Assembly (NCBI GenBank): GCA_002269645.1 | Contig: NIVC01000639.1 | Location: 4,782-68,781, forward strand | Source of the DNA: Macrostomum lignano | Taxonomy: Eukaryota | Direction of reading: 5' to 3' | DNA length: 64,000 bases | Shown: piece by piece, positions 12,213 through 26,451 of the stretch | How the letters are laid out: every line of letters starts with the position of its first letter | Numbering within the stretch: position 1 is the stretch's first letter | Position numbers and translations under genes: made by a program | The notes under the pieces: generated by a model | What the model was told of the DNA's origin: nothing | Database searches by the model: none | What the model saw: the letters and a program-made list of their open reading frames with translations, nothing else

Positions 12213-13059
12213 CCCTGTCCGTCTTCTCTCTCACCCTCTCCTCCCCTTTCCATTTGACTTTCCCGCTCTTCCATTCACCTGCAGCCGGCCACCCCGCCCT
12301 TTCCTGACCTCCCCTCGCTTTCACTTTCTGCGGTCTCCTTTCTTAACCCCGCAAAGTCCGCTCGGCGTTCCGTCGATGACGGAAGTGGCGAACTTCGAGA
12401 GGGCAAATATCCGCTGGGTTATGTAAAACCTGAGCCGCAGCCCCCCCCCCTGAGCTCACGTGATACTGGGGATTTTGATCTCAACTCCAGTTGAAGCTTA
12501 TCCTGCTCCTCCTCCCCAAGGTAGGAATTGGCGAGCTGCTCCGAGAAAATGAGACACTTGCCCTCCGAGCCCTCAGCCTCTCGACCTCCCGATCAGGCTG
12601 GTGGCTTCATCAATCCGCCGGGGCAGCTGGGCTCATGTTTGCCCGGCCCTGAGAGTAAACGAAGGTGTTGGCAGCGGCGCATGCTGAGCAGGGGTTGCCG
12701 GGGTCTCCAGCTGAGAGGCCGCTCAACTCGGTGAAAAGCAATAAATTCAATTCTAGCAACTTGTCTGAAAGGTGCGCTCGTACTTATCTGCACGCCAAAC
12801 GGGTTTCAGGTGAATCAACAGGTTGAGAACTTGTCAACTGAGCTGAAACTCTCTGGCCTTGGTCCACCTGTGTTGACTGGGCGCCTGTCATTGGCCCCCT
12901 GTCTGTCCTCAAACAGATCTCAGTTTCTAACCGGCAGCTCTGGGGTCTTCAACAATCCAAGTTTGAGCCGTGAAGATTCGCGGGCGGCTGCAAAGATTCC
13001 TTGTTCTGATATTGTATATGAGCTAGACTGCTGTTCAGTCCAAGGACTGGGGGGTCGCC

Positions 13060-13235
13060 ACACACACCCTCAATTGCCCCAGCTAATGCTGGCACCCATT
13101 TTACAGCTGGGTGAACTGAAGCAATGCACAGATTTGAGTGTCTTGCTCACGGACACAAATTGTTCCGAGTAGGTCGAGAATCGAACCCCAGACCTTTCAG
13201 TCGCGAGTCCGACGCTCTAACCAGCAGGCTACAAC
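13060..13235 (-). mobile_element. tRNA-derived SINE with CORE-like central domain
   Basis: Minus strand: A-box-like TAGCCTGCTGG, B-box GGTTCGATTC, then GTGTCCGTGAGCAAGACACT...TTCAGTTCACCCAGCTGTAAAATGGG, resembling the CORE-SINE domain. 3' end undefined. Confidence 0.7.
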
Positions 13236-13485
13236 CCCTTTTAGAAGGGGGTTGGTCAGATTGGTATGCACAGGCTGGTGATGCTCTGCGGGAAACCCGG
13301 AGAATGCCTTCACAATTCCTTCGACAAATAGGTGCTAAAACATTGGATTCCTTCCGGTATATCCAATTGCCTTTGGAAAACTGAAACCAGTCAACAGCAC
13401 CAGAGGGTAAAATGTGTTCAGGCTAGATTGACACATCCGCACACTGCCAGCGCTCCAGCATCCGGGATGCCTCCTCATTCCAGAC

Positions 13486-14810
13486 ATGACCGACGCAGGC
13501 GAAGGCGCCAGCCTACTGGAGGATCTTGTCGACACTTCGCCGGTGCCATCGACAGCGGCGCCCGCGAACGCCGCCAAGGACCCGCTGCACCTGACGGCCT
13601 ACACGGTGATGGCGGCCATCATGGCGGTGGGCCTGGCCGGCAACCTCATCGTGCTGCTCGTGTACGCCAGGAAGAAGGACGGCCACGCCGCCAACGTCTT
13701 CATCCTCAGCCTGGCCGTGTCGGACCTCATCGCCTGCTGCCTGGTCATCCCATGTCCATCGCCATGGAGGTCAACGACTACATGAGCAGCGCGCTGGCCT
13801 GCAAGCTGTACTACCTGCTGAACTGCAGCGGCATCCCCTTCTCGTCCATGCTCATGGCCGCCATCGCGGTTGAGCGCTACTTCTGCATCTGCCGGCCCTT
13901 CCTGCGCGCCATCACGGTGCCGCGCGCCAAGGCCATCGTGCTGAGCCTCGGCGCCGTCGCCTTCTCCCTCGGCCTGGCCATCGCCGTCTTCTGCAGCGTG
14001 GTCGTCCGCCGCGTCGACGGCGACATTGGCAACGGCACAGAGACAGCCGCGTTGGAGTTCGCCGACTACGGCGAGTGTCGCGAGATCAGCGAGCTGAAGC
14101 GCAGCCTCGCCAACGAGTCAGCGGCCACAGCATCGCGGATCACAATCTCAGACGCCAGCCTGGTGTTCTTCAACATCTTCCAGAAGCTGCACCTGTCCCT
14201 GTTCGGCGTCTGCATCGCGCTGGTGTTCGCTCTGTACGTCCGCATCTACCTGTCCGTGCTGCGCCTGCGCCGCAAGAAGCGCGAGCGGCAGCAGAACCGC
14301 CAGCAGCTCGAGCGGCTCGGCACCGTCGCCAACAACGGGGGCGGAGGCGACGCCGGCGCCGAAGAGCCGCGGCCAAGCGGCGGCCGGGCGCAGAGCCGGC
14401 GCAAGTCGCTTCGCCTGGTGGACAGCGACGCGCTGCAGAACCTGAAGACTGCCGCCATGCTGTTCGTGGTGACCATCGTCTTCACGGGCACCTTCATCCC
14501 CGCCGCGCTGATGATCGTGAAAGTGATCGGCTTCAACGTGCTCATCTTCTACCTGTACTACCTGACCCACGCCACCAACCCGCTCATCTACTGCTTCATG
14601 AACCGCAACTTTCGCGAGGACCTGCGAAAACTTTTCTGCCCTGGAGCCGCCCAACAGCGGCAGCAGCGGGAGCGGCAGCGGCTGCAGGAGCAGCATCAGC
14701 AGCGGCAGCAGCAGGTGCAGCAGCGGCTTCTTCAGACGCCTGAGAACCTCGACACTGCCGAAGAAGAGCGGCAGGAGTGCCGCGAGTGGATTGAGGCCTC
14801 CTGCGTGTGA
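13486..14810 (+). CDS. Intronless class A (rhodopsin-like) GPCR, peptide-receptor-like orphan; 1-nt loss at ~13750
   Basis: TM1 GLAGN, TM2 LSLAVSDL, then after a one-base shift (ATC CC(C) ATG) TM3 CKL...IAVERYFCICRP, TM5, TM6, TM7 TNPLIY; poly-Q-rich C-tail ending SCV*. Confidence 0.92.
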
Positions 14811-14853
14811 CCGGCCGTCTGCGCTTGAGCTGATGAGGTCAAGCAGACACTTC

Positions 14854-14988
14854 CTGACCCTGCGCTGGGACAAGGCGAACACTGACTGACCCTGCGCTGG
14901 GACAAGGCGAACACTGACTGACCCTGCGCTGGGACAAGGCAAACACTGCCTGACCCTGCGCTGGGACAAGGCGAACACTGACTGACCC
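14854..14988. repeat. 32-bp repeat, ~4 copies, in the presumed 3' UTR of the GPCR
   Basis: CTGACCCTGCGCTGGGACAAGGCGAACACTGA at 14854, 14886, 14918, 14950. Confidence 0.93.
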
Positions 14989-15159
14989 TCGAGTATAAAG
15001 TAGTGACCGATTTGTAGTAATTTTTAATAACTTTTTTACATTCAATCTATTTGTGAGCGTCAGAATGCATCAAGTACTCGCTCGTGTTGATTGCAGGTTT
15101 AGAAGCAATTTTAGAGGTATTTCATCGAAACACTACGAGCGTATTCAGGTACATTCGGG

Positions 15160-17118
15160 AACATTCAGACACATTCAGACACATTCAGACACATTCAGAC
15201 ACATTCAGACACATGCAGACACATGAAGACACATGAAGACACATGAAGACACATGAAGACACATGAAGACACATGAAGACACATGAAGACACATGAAGAC
15301 ACATGCATACACATTAAGACACATGCAGACACATGAAGACACATGCATACACATTAAGACACATGCAGACACATTAAAACACATGAAGACACATGCAGAC
15401 ACATTGGGCCGTATGCAGAAAGCCAAGTCCAGACTAGCTAGTCCGGACTTGTGTAGTTCAGTCTATAGTCTATGGTCTAGCTAGCCTAGTTCTGCTATAG
15501 TAGACTGGTCTAACTTTGCGTTTCTGCATACCAAATCCAAGTCCAGACTAGCTTTTCAAGACCGGACTACCCTAGACAGAGCTTTCTGCATACGGCCCAT
15601 TAAGACACATGAAGACACATGAAGACACATGCATACACATTAAGACACATGAAGACACATGCAGACACATGCAGACACATGAAGACACATGAAGGCACAT
15701 GAAGACACATGCATACACATTAAGACACATGCAGACACATGAAGACACATTAAGACACATGCATACACATTAAGACACATGCAGACACATGCAGACACAT
15801 TAAGACACATGAAGACACATGCAGACACATTAAGACACATGAAGACACATGCAGACACATGCAGACACATGAAGACACATGAAGACACATGAAGACACAT
15901 TCAGACACATTCAGACACATGCAGACACATGAAGACACATTAAGACACATGCATACACATTAAGACACATGCAGACACATGAAGACACATGCATACACAT
16001 TAAGACACATGCAGACACATTCAGACACATTCAGACACATTCAGACACATGCAGACACATGAAGACACATGAAGACACATGAAGACACATGAAGACACAT
16101 GAAGACACATGAAGACACATGCAGACACATGAAGACACATGAAGACACATGCAGACACAAGAAGACACATGAAGACACATGAAGACACATGAAGACACAT
16201 AAAGACACATGCAGACACAAGAAGACACATGAAGACACATGAAGACACATGAAGACACATGAAGACACATGAAGACACATGCAGACACGTTAAGACACAT
16301 GAAGACACATGCAGACACATGCAGACACATGAAGACACATGCATACACATTAAGACACATGCAGACACATGAAGACACATGAAGACACATGCATACACAT
16401 TAAGACACATGCAGACACATGAAGACACATGCATACACATTAAGACACATGCAGACACATTAAAACACATGAAGACACATGCAGACACATGAAGACACAT
16501 GCATACACATTAAGACACATGCAGACACATGAAGACACATGCAGACACATTAGGACACATGAAGACACATGCAGGCACATTAAGACACATGAAGACACAT
16601 TAAAACACATTCAGACACATGAAGACACATGCAGACACATTAAGACACATTAAGACACATGCAGGCACATTAAGACACATGCAGACACATTAAAACACGT
16701 GAAGACACATGCAGACACATGAAGACACATGCATACACATTAAGACACATTAAGACACATGAAGACACATGCAGGCACATTAAGACACATGAAGACACAT
16801 GCAGGCATATGAAGACACATGCATACACATTAAGACACATGCAGACACATTAAGACACATTAAGACACATGCAGGCACATTAAGACACATGCAGGCACAT
16901 TAAGACACATGAAGACACATGCAGGCACATTAAGACACATGAAGACATTTGCAGGCACATTAAGACACATGAAGACACATGCAGGCACATTAAGACACAT
17001 GAAGACACATGCAGACACATTAAGACACATGAAGACACATGCAGGCACATTAAGACACATGAAGACACATGCAGGCACATTAAGACACATGAAGACATTA
17101 AAACACATGAAGACACAT
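15160..17118. repeat. 10-bp satellite (GAAGACACAT/GCAGACACAT/TAAGACACAT)n
   Basis: Period 10 with variant first bases; interrupted by a MITE. Confidence 0.97.
15406..15598. mobile_element. 193-bp MITE with 18-bp TIRs and ATT target-site duplication (PIF/Harbinger-like)
   Basis: Left TIR GGGCCGTATGCAGAAAGC (15406-15423) and right TIR GCTTTCTGCATACGGCCC (15581-15598) are perfect inverted repeats. ATT flanks both ends (15403-15405, 15599-15601); removing the element and one ATT restores CACATTAAGAC. Confidence 0.88.
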
Positions 17119-17904
17119 GATAAAGAGCATTTTATGACACTGGGACAGACAAAAGTACATAAAGCATTCAGGACAGGCAAATTTGCAGAAGCTCAGCTCA
17201 GTCTCACCCAGACGGACGCACCGCAGTCCTGCACTAATCCTGACAGGCCAGTTTAAGCAGATAATAAAATCAACCCCTGCAACTATGCGACCCCCTTCAA
17301 AAACTTTCACCTGTTGCTGTAATTACTTTCGCTTCGTGTTAATTTTCTTCAGCGCGTCTTTTTGCACACAAACCCCGCGTCTTTAATCAGTTCAATGCGA
17401 GCGGGTGCGGCGCCAGCCGCTGGGCAGCTCACAATGCAGCCCTCAATACGGCTCACAATGCAGCCCTCAATACGGCTCACAATGCAGCCCTAATCAGCTC
17501 CGCAGCCTGAGCGAGTGCACGCATGCTTTACCTATTTTTACTTTTTCGGATCATTTTTTCGGGCTTGTCGAGGGGGTTGGAAGCTGGCTAAGAAGCCCCG
17601 AAGCCACTCTGGGACAGCCAAATAAATATATGGCCCTCCCAGCCACAGCAGCAGCCTGGGGCATCAGTGCGCATCGATCTCCACTGCGCCAGTAATGAGC
17701 CAGCGAAGCTGCTGCGAAGCCAGCCTCAGCTCGTGTGTCGCATAAATCACCTGCCGCCGTCTGCCCGCTGGCTGCCGCATCTGGCTTGGCGGGCACAATG
17801 CAAACCGGAACTCCCCTGACTTCCGGACTTTCCCTCTCACAAGGCCCGCTGCCCCCCCTCAGTGCAACTGGCTGCCTTCTGACCTCTGACCACTCACCCC
17901 CTGC

Positions 17905-18680
17905 TGTCTTCTCTCCTGTGTCTCCTGTCTCTCTTACCTGTGTCTCCTGTGTCTCCTGTATCTCTTACCTGTGTCTCCTGTGCCTCCTGTATCTCTTACC
18001 TGTGTCTCCTGTGTCTCCTGTATCTCTTGGCTGTGTCTCCTGTGTCTCTTACCTGTGTCTCCCGTGTCTCTTACTTGTGTCTCCTGTGTCTCTTACCTGT
18101 GTCTCCTGTATCTCTTACCTGTGTCTCCCGTGTCTCTTACCTATGTCCCTGTGTCTCCTGTGTCTCTTACCTGTGTCTCCTGTGTCTCCTGTATCTCTTA
18201 TCTCTCACCCCCTGTTGTCCTGCTGTCTCCTGTGTCTCCCGTATCTCTTACTTGTGCATCCTGTATCTCTTACCTGTGCCTCCTGTATCTCTTACCTGTG
18301 TCCCTGTGTCTCCTGTGTCTCTTACCTGTGTCTCTTACCTGTCTCCTGTGTCTCTTACCTGTGTCTCCCGTGTCTCTTACCTGTGTCTCCTGTGTCTCTT
18401 ACCTGTCTCCTGTGTCTCTTACTTGTGTCTCTTACCTGTGTCTCCTATATCTTACCTGTGTCTCCTGTGTCTTGTACTTGTGTCTCCTATGTCTCCTGTG
18501 TCTTACCTGTGTCTCTTGCGTTTCTTGTGTCTCCTGTGCCTCCTGTGTCTTACCTGTGTCTTCTGTCTCCTGTGTTTTACCTGTGCTTTACCTGTACTGG
18601 AGTCCCCCAGTTTACCTGTGTCTCCTATGCCTCCTGTGGCTCTTACCTGTGTCTACTGTGTCTGTTACCTCTGTCTCTCA
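17905..18680. repeat. Degenerate C/T-rich repeat built from CCTGTGTCT and CTTACCTG modules
   Basis: Direct reading. Confidence 0.9.
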
Positions 18681-19022
18681 CTCGCCCGCCCCTCCCCTTC
18701 CCCAACAGCAGCCAGCCGAAGCTGCAGTGGACGACGGCTGTCCTGAAGTTTCTCTTTACATTCAATTGCTACGACCGACAACGCAAGCCGGCAGAAATGC
18801 AAAGGGGCAGCACAGGAGTGTCCCGTTAGCAACAGCATGGCAACCTCAGTTTTTGTTTATCCGAACTGGCACACAATAGGGAAGTCCCCCTGCTAAGCCA
18901 GTTCGTTCCCGTCACGGCAAAGCCCAACACCTGAGAGCCCCAGTTTGGCATCTGCGCCCGGCAAGTTCAACTTTTTCACCCGACAGCCGCAGCGCTGGCG
19001 GAGAGCAGGCGGCAAACATGAA

Positions 19023-19143
<121 letters not shown>

Positions 19144-19553
19144 TACTTTCCAATTTCCCCGGCAAAATCTGAGAGCATCACTAGCAAATGTTAGGCGCCC
19201 ATACACACAGCCCGCATCTACCATAAATATGGCCTTGAGAATGATTGATGACCAAGCAACGAGACTCTACACCAAGAACCACTTTAGACAAATTGGTCAA
19301 AAAAATTGTTAAAAATATTTGAAGGCGAAATTACGTTTCGCATTGCATTGGCGACATAGGAAGGTTTCGCTTGTGCCATTCTAAGACGTTTAGCACAGGT
19401 TATGTTTGCAGGCGGGCAGTTCAGAAGAAAATTTGAAGCCTACTGGCTACTACTAAAAGTAGCGAGTCCCTGTTCTCAACTTGAGCCGCCGTCTATTTTT
19501 GGCCAGCATCCTCCTGTCTATGGCAGTTTTGCCTCATCTTAACGGAGGATTCG

Positions 19554-19989
19554 ATGGCCGCACCGGTGCACCCGCTACTTTCTTGCCCAGCGCGCCGTCC
19601 GAAGACAGCTAGCGAGGCTGGCGCGGCCGCGTCCCGGGATGCCCTGCTCGCCCGCCGCCAAGCAGCAGCGCTCAGGCGCCATCGCGCCGTCACGGAGCGG
19701 CCAGAAGCAGCAAAAGCAGCAGCGGCAGAGTCGGCAGAAGCAGCCGCTGCAGAAGCGGCACCGGCTGTCCAGCAGGAGAGGCTGCGAAATCTGCCCGATG
19801 CTCGGCGAAATCGACCTGGTCCGAAGGGTCATCGACTCGCGGACGACCGCCCACGAGATGACGCCGCGAATTTCGGCGGCAAGCATCGGGCGGAGGCAGC
19901 GGTCGGCCACTGGGGTTTCTGCGACTGGCGCGCCCTCCGGCTTTTGGTTGCGGGAGCGGCCGGTCTCGCAGCAGCAGCCTGCCAAGTAG
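19554..19989 (+). CDS. Possible coding island of unknown product (frame unresolved)
   Basis: GC-rich segment with two overlapping open + frames (from 19554 and 19639) and donor-like GTAGGT at ~19987; no recognisable domain. Confidence 0.25.
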
Positions 19990-20011
19990 GTCCAGGTGGC
20001 TTCTTGCAGGT

Positions 20012-22345
<2,334 letters not shown>

Positions 22346-22640
22346 TGTCTGCTATCGATCTCTGCATTTATTTATCTGAATGTCTATGAGACAATTGTGG
22401 CTCCAACCGTGAAGCCACAGAGCGTACACTACATGCCTGTACACCCTGTCTGAGCGTGTGGCTGCGTACAGAATCCACTTGCGCGCGCACTCAGGGGTCG
22501 GCGGAATGGGCATGACTGCCTGCCTCTTCAGATGGGTCGCAAACAGTACGAGAAGTTAAGCAGAGTAGGTCGCGGTTAGAAAGCAGCTGAACAGGTTTGA
22601 ACATTGCGTCTTACTAGCGACTTTGCCGAGAGCGGCAAAC

Positions 22641-22924
22641 TAAGCTGAGCTGCAGCTCACCCTGATGTGATTGGGCACCAGCTCTGAGCTGCAGCTCACC
22701 CTGTTGTGATTTGGCACCAGCTCTGAACTGCAGCTCACCCTGCTGTGATTGGGCACCAGCTCTGAGCTGCAGCTCACCCTGTTGTGATTGGACACCAGCT
22801 CTGAGCTGCAGCTCACCCTGCTGTGATTGGGCACCAGCTCTGAGCTGCAGCTCACCCTGCTGTGATTGGGCACCAGCTCTGAGCTGCAGCTCACCCTGCT
22901 GTGATTAGGCACCAGCTCTGAGCT
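22641..22924. repeat. 39-bp minisatellite, ~7 copies
   Basis: GCAGCTCACCCTGCTGTGATTGGGCACCAGCTCTGAGCT units. Confidence 0.95.
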
Positions 22925-23182
22925 CCGTTAGAAACGCAGGGTGGGAGTCGAGACACTCTCCGGCCTCAGCGCTGTAGCACCAAGAACTTCGATGTCCACA
23001 GATGAGGTTCCACAGCTCAGCGGTCAAGACATGCGGCAGACGCAGAGTAAAGACTCAGACAGCGGTGCTGGTTTATCGCGAGTTCGAATGTCAATTTGAT
23101 GCGAATTTATTCAGAGTTGCTCACACAGCTAGGAAGTCAGGAAGGTGCAATAGACTTTTTGCGTCGGGTATTCTTTACTCAG

Positions 23183-23440
23183 GCAAGCCAGAACCTCCTG
23201 CACTCCACGCGTCTCAGGTCCGCCAACAACCAGGTGGTGATCAGCCCTGCCAAGCAGCCCGCGAAGATGGCGCAGAGGCCGTCGAATGACAAAGCCGGGC
23301 TCGACACGAAGCAGCCGCCGACGAAGCAACTGGGCGGCATCATCAGCGTCTCCAAGCGGAACTGGAAGCAGGCAGAGCCGGCGGCAGCCGGAAGCAGCTC
23401 AGGAAAATCGGCCGGGAAAAGCGGCGTTGCACAGGACTGA
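23183..23440 (+). CDS. Possible terminal exon of a small, disordered protein
   Basis: Acceptor-like ttctttactcag ends 23182; open frame with G/C-rich third positions (ASQNLL...KQLGGIISVSKRNWKQ...GVAQD*), followed by AT-rich sequence. Confidence 0.33.
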   Translation, partial: ASQNLLHSTRLRSANNQVVISPAKQPAKMAQRPSNDKAGLDTKQPPTKQLGGIISVSKRNWKQAEPAAAGSSSGKSAGKSGVAQD

Positions 23441-24876
23441 TTTTTTATATCATTGTTTGTCCAGCTTGCAACAGATTTTGTTTTTCATTTAATTATAACA
23501 TTTCAAAAGATTGTAATTTGGGAAGCGCTGCATAACATTTCTATTTTTTTGTATTGGTGTGTGCTGTCTTATTTAAAACGGCCGCCATGTGCATGGGGGT
23601 GCCATCGTGGGCCCCAGCTTAGCTGATAAGGGGGGGGGGCATCATTTTTCCTGTCTTTTAGTGGGTCCGCGCCCCCCCCCTTGCCACTCTAGCTGCGCCC
23701 ACATCAATTCAGTGAAAATAATTAGTAGATAATGCTTTTCCAATTTTATTCTACGTACAATAATTGCACATGCCCTGTGCCTAAAATCAGTTAAAATGTC
23801 ACGGCTGGCTCATTGGTTTTATTAATCTGTTTTATCAATCTTAGCTGACTCTAACAATGTGTAACAGAAAATTAAAAAAAAAATTCATAAAACCAATGAA
23901 TCGAGGTGTGCCATGCATTTTTTTATGATTTTTATGTACAGGGAATTTATGTAGAATAAAAATTAACATAGAATTCCAGTTTTTTGAACAAAGAACTTTA
24001 TTAGTATCAATAGAGCTATAAGAAAGGCACAGCATATCAAAAGATGAACACTGGATCTGCCTCCTATCGAGAGCAATAACAATTTCTGTGCTGAAAAAAA
24101 TAAAAACTTCCCATCTCCGTAGTGTACTTTTTCGGAATACCTGAAAATTTTCCAAGAAACGAGGTTTCCCGTCCTTCCTCGAAATGGGAGTTGCGCCTGG
24201 GAGTTGCGCCTGCTCCCCTCGCACATACTTTTCGCTATCTGCCTAACCAGCCACCTTCATCTTTAATTGCTCAATGCCTTCAATGCCTCGGCTCCCATGT
24301 ACGCCAGCCCCCCGTTCCTCCCGGCTCTTATCTATCTCTCCTGATAAATGTACGTTCAGCACCCCCGCTTCATATGCAACAAAGTCAATTAATACTTAAT
24401 TGGCAAATTAGTTTATCTAGGCTCGCACAAGAGCTCTTTAGCCCCCCCTCGCATTCTCAGTAATTACGAGTACAACCAAACTTCAATTGAGCGTTTTCGT
24501 CTGTTCGCCTTCAATAGTGTATTCAAAAGTCACAACACGTAATATTAGCATGGCTGTGTGTTTTGGCGCACAAGCGGAGAAGAGAGAGAGGGGTGTAGAG
24601 CAGAAGTGGAATGGAGGCCAAAATGTGCATTGAAAGTGTACGCTTATTTTCCGTCGCAAACGTTCAATTAGAAAAATTGGCAAGAGTTCTCTGCCACCAC
24701 CTCTTGAAGCATACATATGCCTGCTTGCTAGCTAGATTTTGCAATTACTTGGCTCCAGACACTGATATTATAGCAGACCTGCTACTCGTCAAAACTTACT
24801 CGGGCTGAGTCTCAGCCAGTCAGCCTCATCTTCATTCGAATGTCCGGTGAAGGATAATTTTTTCACAACTGCCTTC

Positions 24877-25339
24877 ATGAACGCTGCCGGTGCCACTGCA
24901 GCGACCGCTCACAGACGTCAGCCAACTGAACAAGAGTTTCTGGTGGCGATTGCCTCTGGCGACATACAGCTCATTCTTCATGCGGTCCGGAAGGGATTCA
25001 CAACTATTGATCAACTGACCGGCTTCACGGATGAGCGCGTTCGTCTGTCACCGCTGCATCTCGCCTGCCTGACTGGGCAGGTAGCAATGGTGGACATCCT
25101 GATCAAGGCGCAGGCGGATATCAATGTGGCAATGGACTTGGGCGAGACTCCTCTGTACTTGGCTGCGCAGAGTGGCAGCGGCAAAATTGTGAGACTGCTC
25201 GTCAAGGCTCAAGCGGATGTCAATATTCAAGATGAGGACGGCGACTCCCCACTGCACGCCGCTTCGCAGGAGGGTCACCTGAAAGTCGTCGACTTTCTCA
25301 TCCAGGCCAGTGCCAACGTCAATCTAAGTAACAAAAGGG
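24877..25339 (+). CDS. Ankyrin-repeat protein, exon with ~4 ANK repeats; continuation not identified
   Basis: LSPLHLACLTGQVAMVDILIKAQADIN, GETPLYLAAQSGSGKIVRLLVKAQADVN, GDSPLHAASQEGHLKVVDFLIQASANVN. Probable donor GT at 25340, immediately before an LTR. Confidence 0.9.
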
Positions 25340-25343
25340 GTAT

Positions 25344-25794
25344 TGAAACGAAAAATTATATTGGTTTTTCCCATATTATAATCGTTTCCTTCTGCCAACA
25401 GTTCAGGAAGACAACGAACAATGGACCTCGATGGTAACTTTCTCTGTGTGATCTCTAGAGTCACATTCTCAAACTTCAGGCGAGGATCTTTCCTCTTCAA
25501 TCAGTATATTTTATAAGCTAGCACACTGTACGCGAGCAACGAGGAATAGGAGCAGTAGGGAGAGAGAGTGGGATTTCGAGGCCCAATAGGCAGTGTCGGT
25601 CAGAGGTTGTGCATGCATCACGCGAGGGTCGCATGGCTGGGCTTCTTGCTCGCCGATCATCAGGACTATTTTTAGGCATGCAGATCTTGTGCATCTGGGG
25701 AGTTGCTGCCAAGGCTGGATGCTTGTTCACGCATCACGCGCGTGTCGGCTGATTTCTCCCATCCTCTTGCTAACGGCGCCTTCGTTTCACTTCA
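25344..25794 (-). repeat. 3' LTR
   Basis: Copy of 26452-26902; TATAAAA on the minus strand at ~25507-25513. Confidence 0.9.
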
Positions 25795-25797
25795 GTC

Positions 25798-25808
25798 GCT
25801 CTTTTTTC
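25798..25808 (-). promoter_or_regulatory. Polypurine tract (PPT) candidate
   Basis: Minus strand GAAAAAAGAG followed by CGAC, then the 3' LTR TG. Confidence 0.6.
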
Positions 25809-26435
25809 AGGGAAGCGAGGCCCTCCGAGCTCTGTTGAAAATAAGCTTGGAGCAATGATGACATGGCGTACAGTTGTGCATTTGCTTGCGATACGCAGTC
25901 CCACTTGATAACTTGCAGTTGAGTTGATTTTGTTGAAACACGAAACTTGGTCAAGGGGCAAAGTGAACTTGTGACAACAGTGGATGAATTGTACCAGCAC
26001 ATCCTCTTGACTATTTAATCAGATCTGAGAGGGGGATTGACGTGAACTCGGAAACTCGACAAATTGAATGGGCTTTTCGATGCCCTAAACAGTGACGCAA
26101 ATAGGACTGGACACGGAGACTCGACAAATTGAAACAGCGTCTGGTAGACAGTCAGATCGGGATGCTGGCTGAAGGTACATTGCAGTTAAATATGACGTCG
26201 GAAAAATACCGTCTTGACCAAATTGATTGTGTAGATCTCTCAACGAAAGTTTCTTCTTGGAAGGGTAAACTGCGTCGCTTCTTGATCTTCGTCCATTGGT
26301 CTTGTTTAGTTCGAAGTCTTCCTTTACTGAAGGCAGGAAAGTCTCAGTTCTCGATTCATTTGGATGGCTGTTGAAGACATGCAGCAGAGCGATAACTGCA
26401 TGGTATCTGAGACTTCTGTCTAGCGGTGACTCACG

Positions 26436-26449
26436 CGGTCAGGGAACCA
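26436..26449 (-). promoter_or_regulatory. Primer-binding site complementary to the tRNA-Glu 3' end
   Basis: Minus strand TGGTTCCCTGACCG, 2 nt after the 5' LTR's CA. The plus strand CGGTCAGGGAACCA matches the 3' end of the animal tRNA-Glu(CTC) sequence as I recall it. Confidence 0.85.
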
Positions 26450-26451
26450 AT

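Noticed and set aside
14075-14978. Alternative-frame and antisense ORFs over the GPCR (likewise 57210-57789, 60611-61107 and 43983-44528)
   Set aside because: Shadow ORFs expected from GC-rich coding sequence.
23580-23705. G/C-run-rich segment resembling a hAT-type MITE end (similar patches near 7065, 10140 and 42440)
   Set aside because: I could not identify paired TIRs or an 8-bp TSD.
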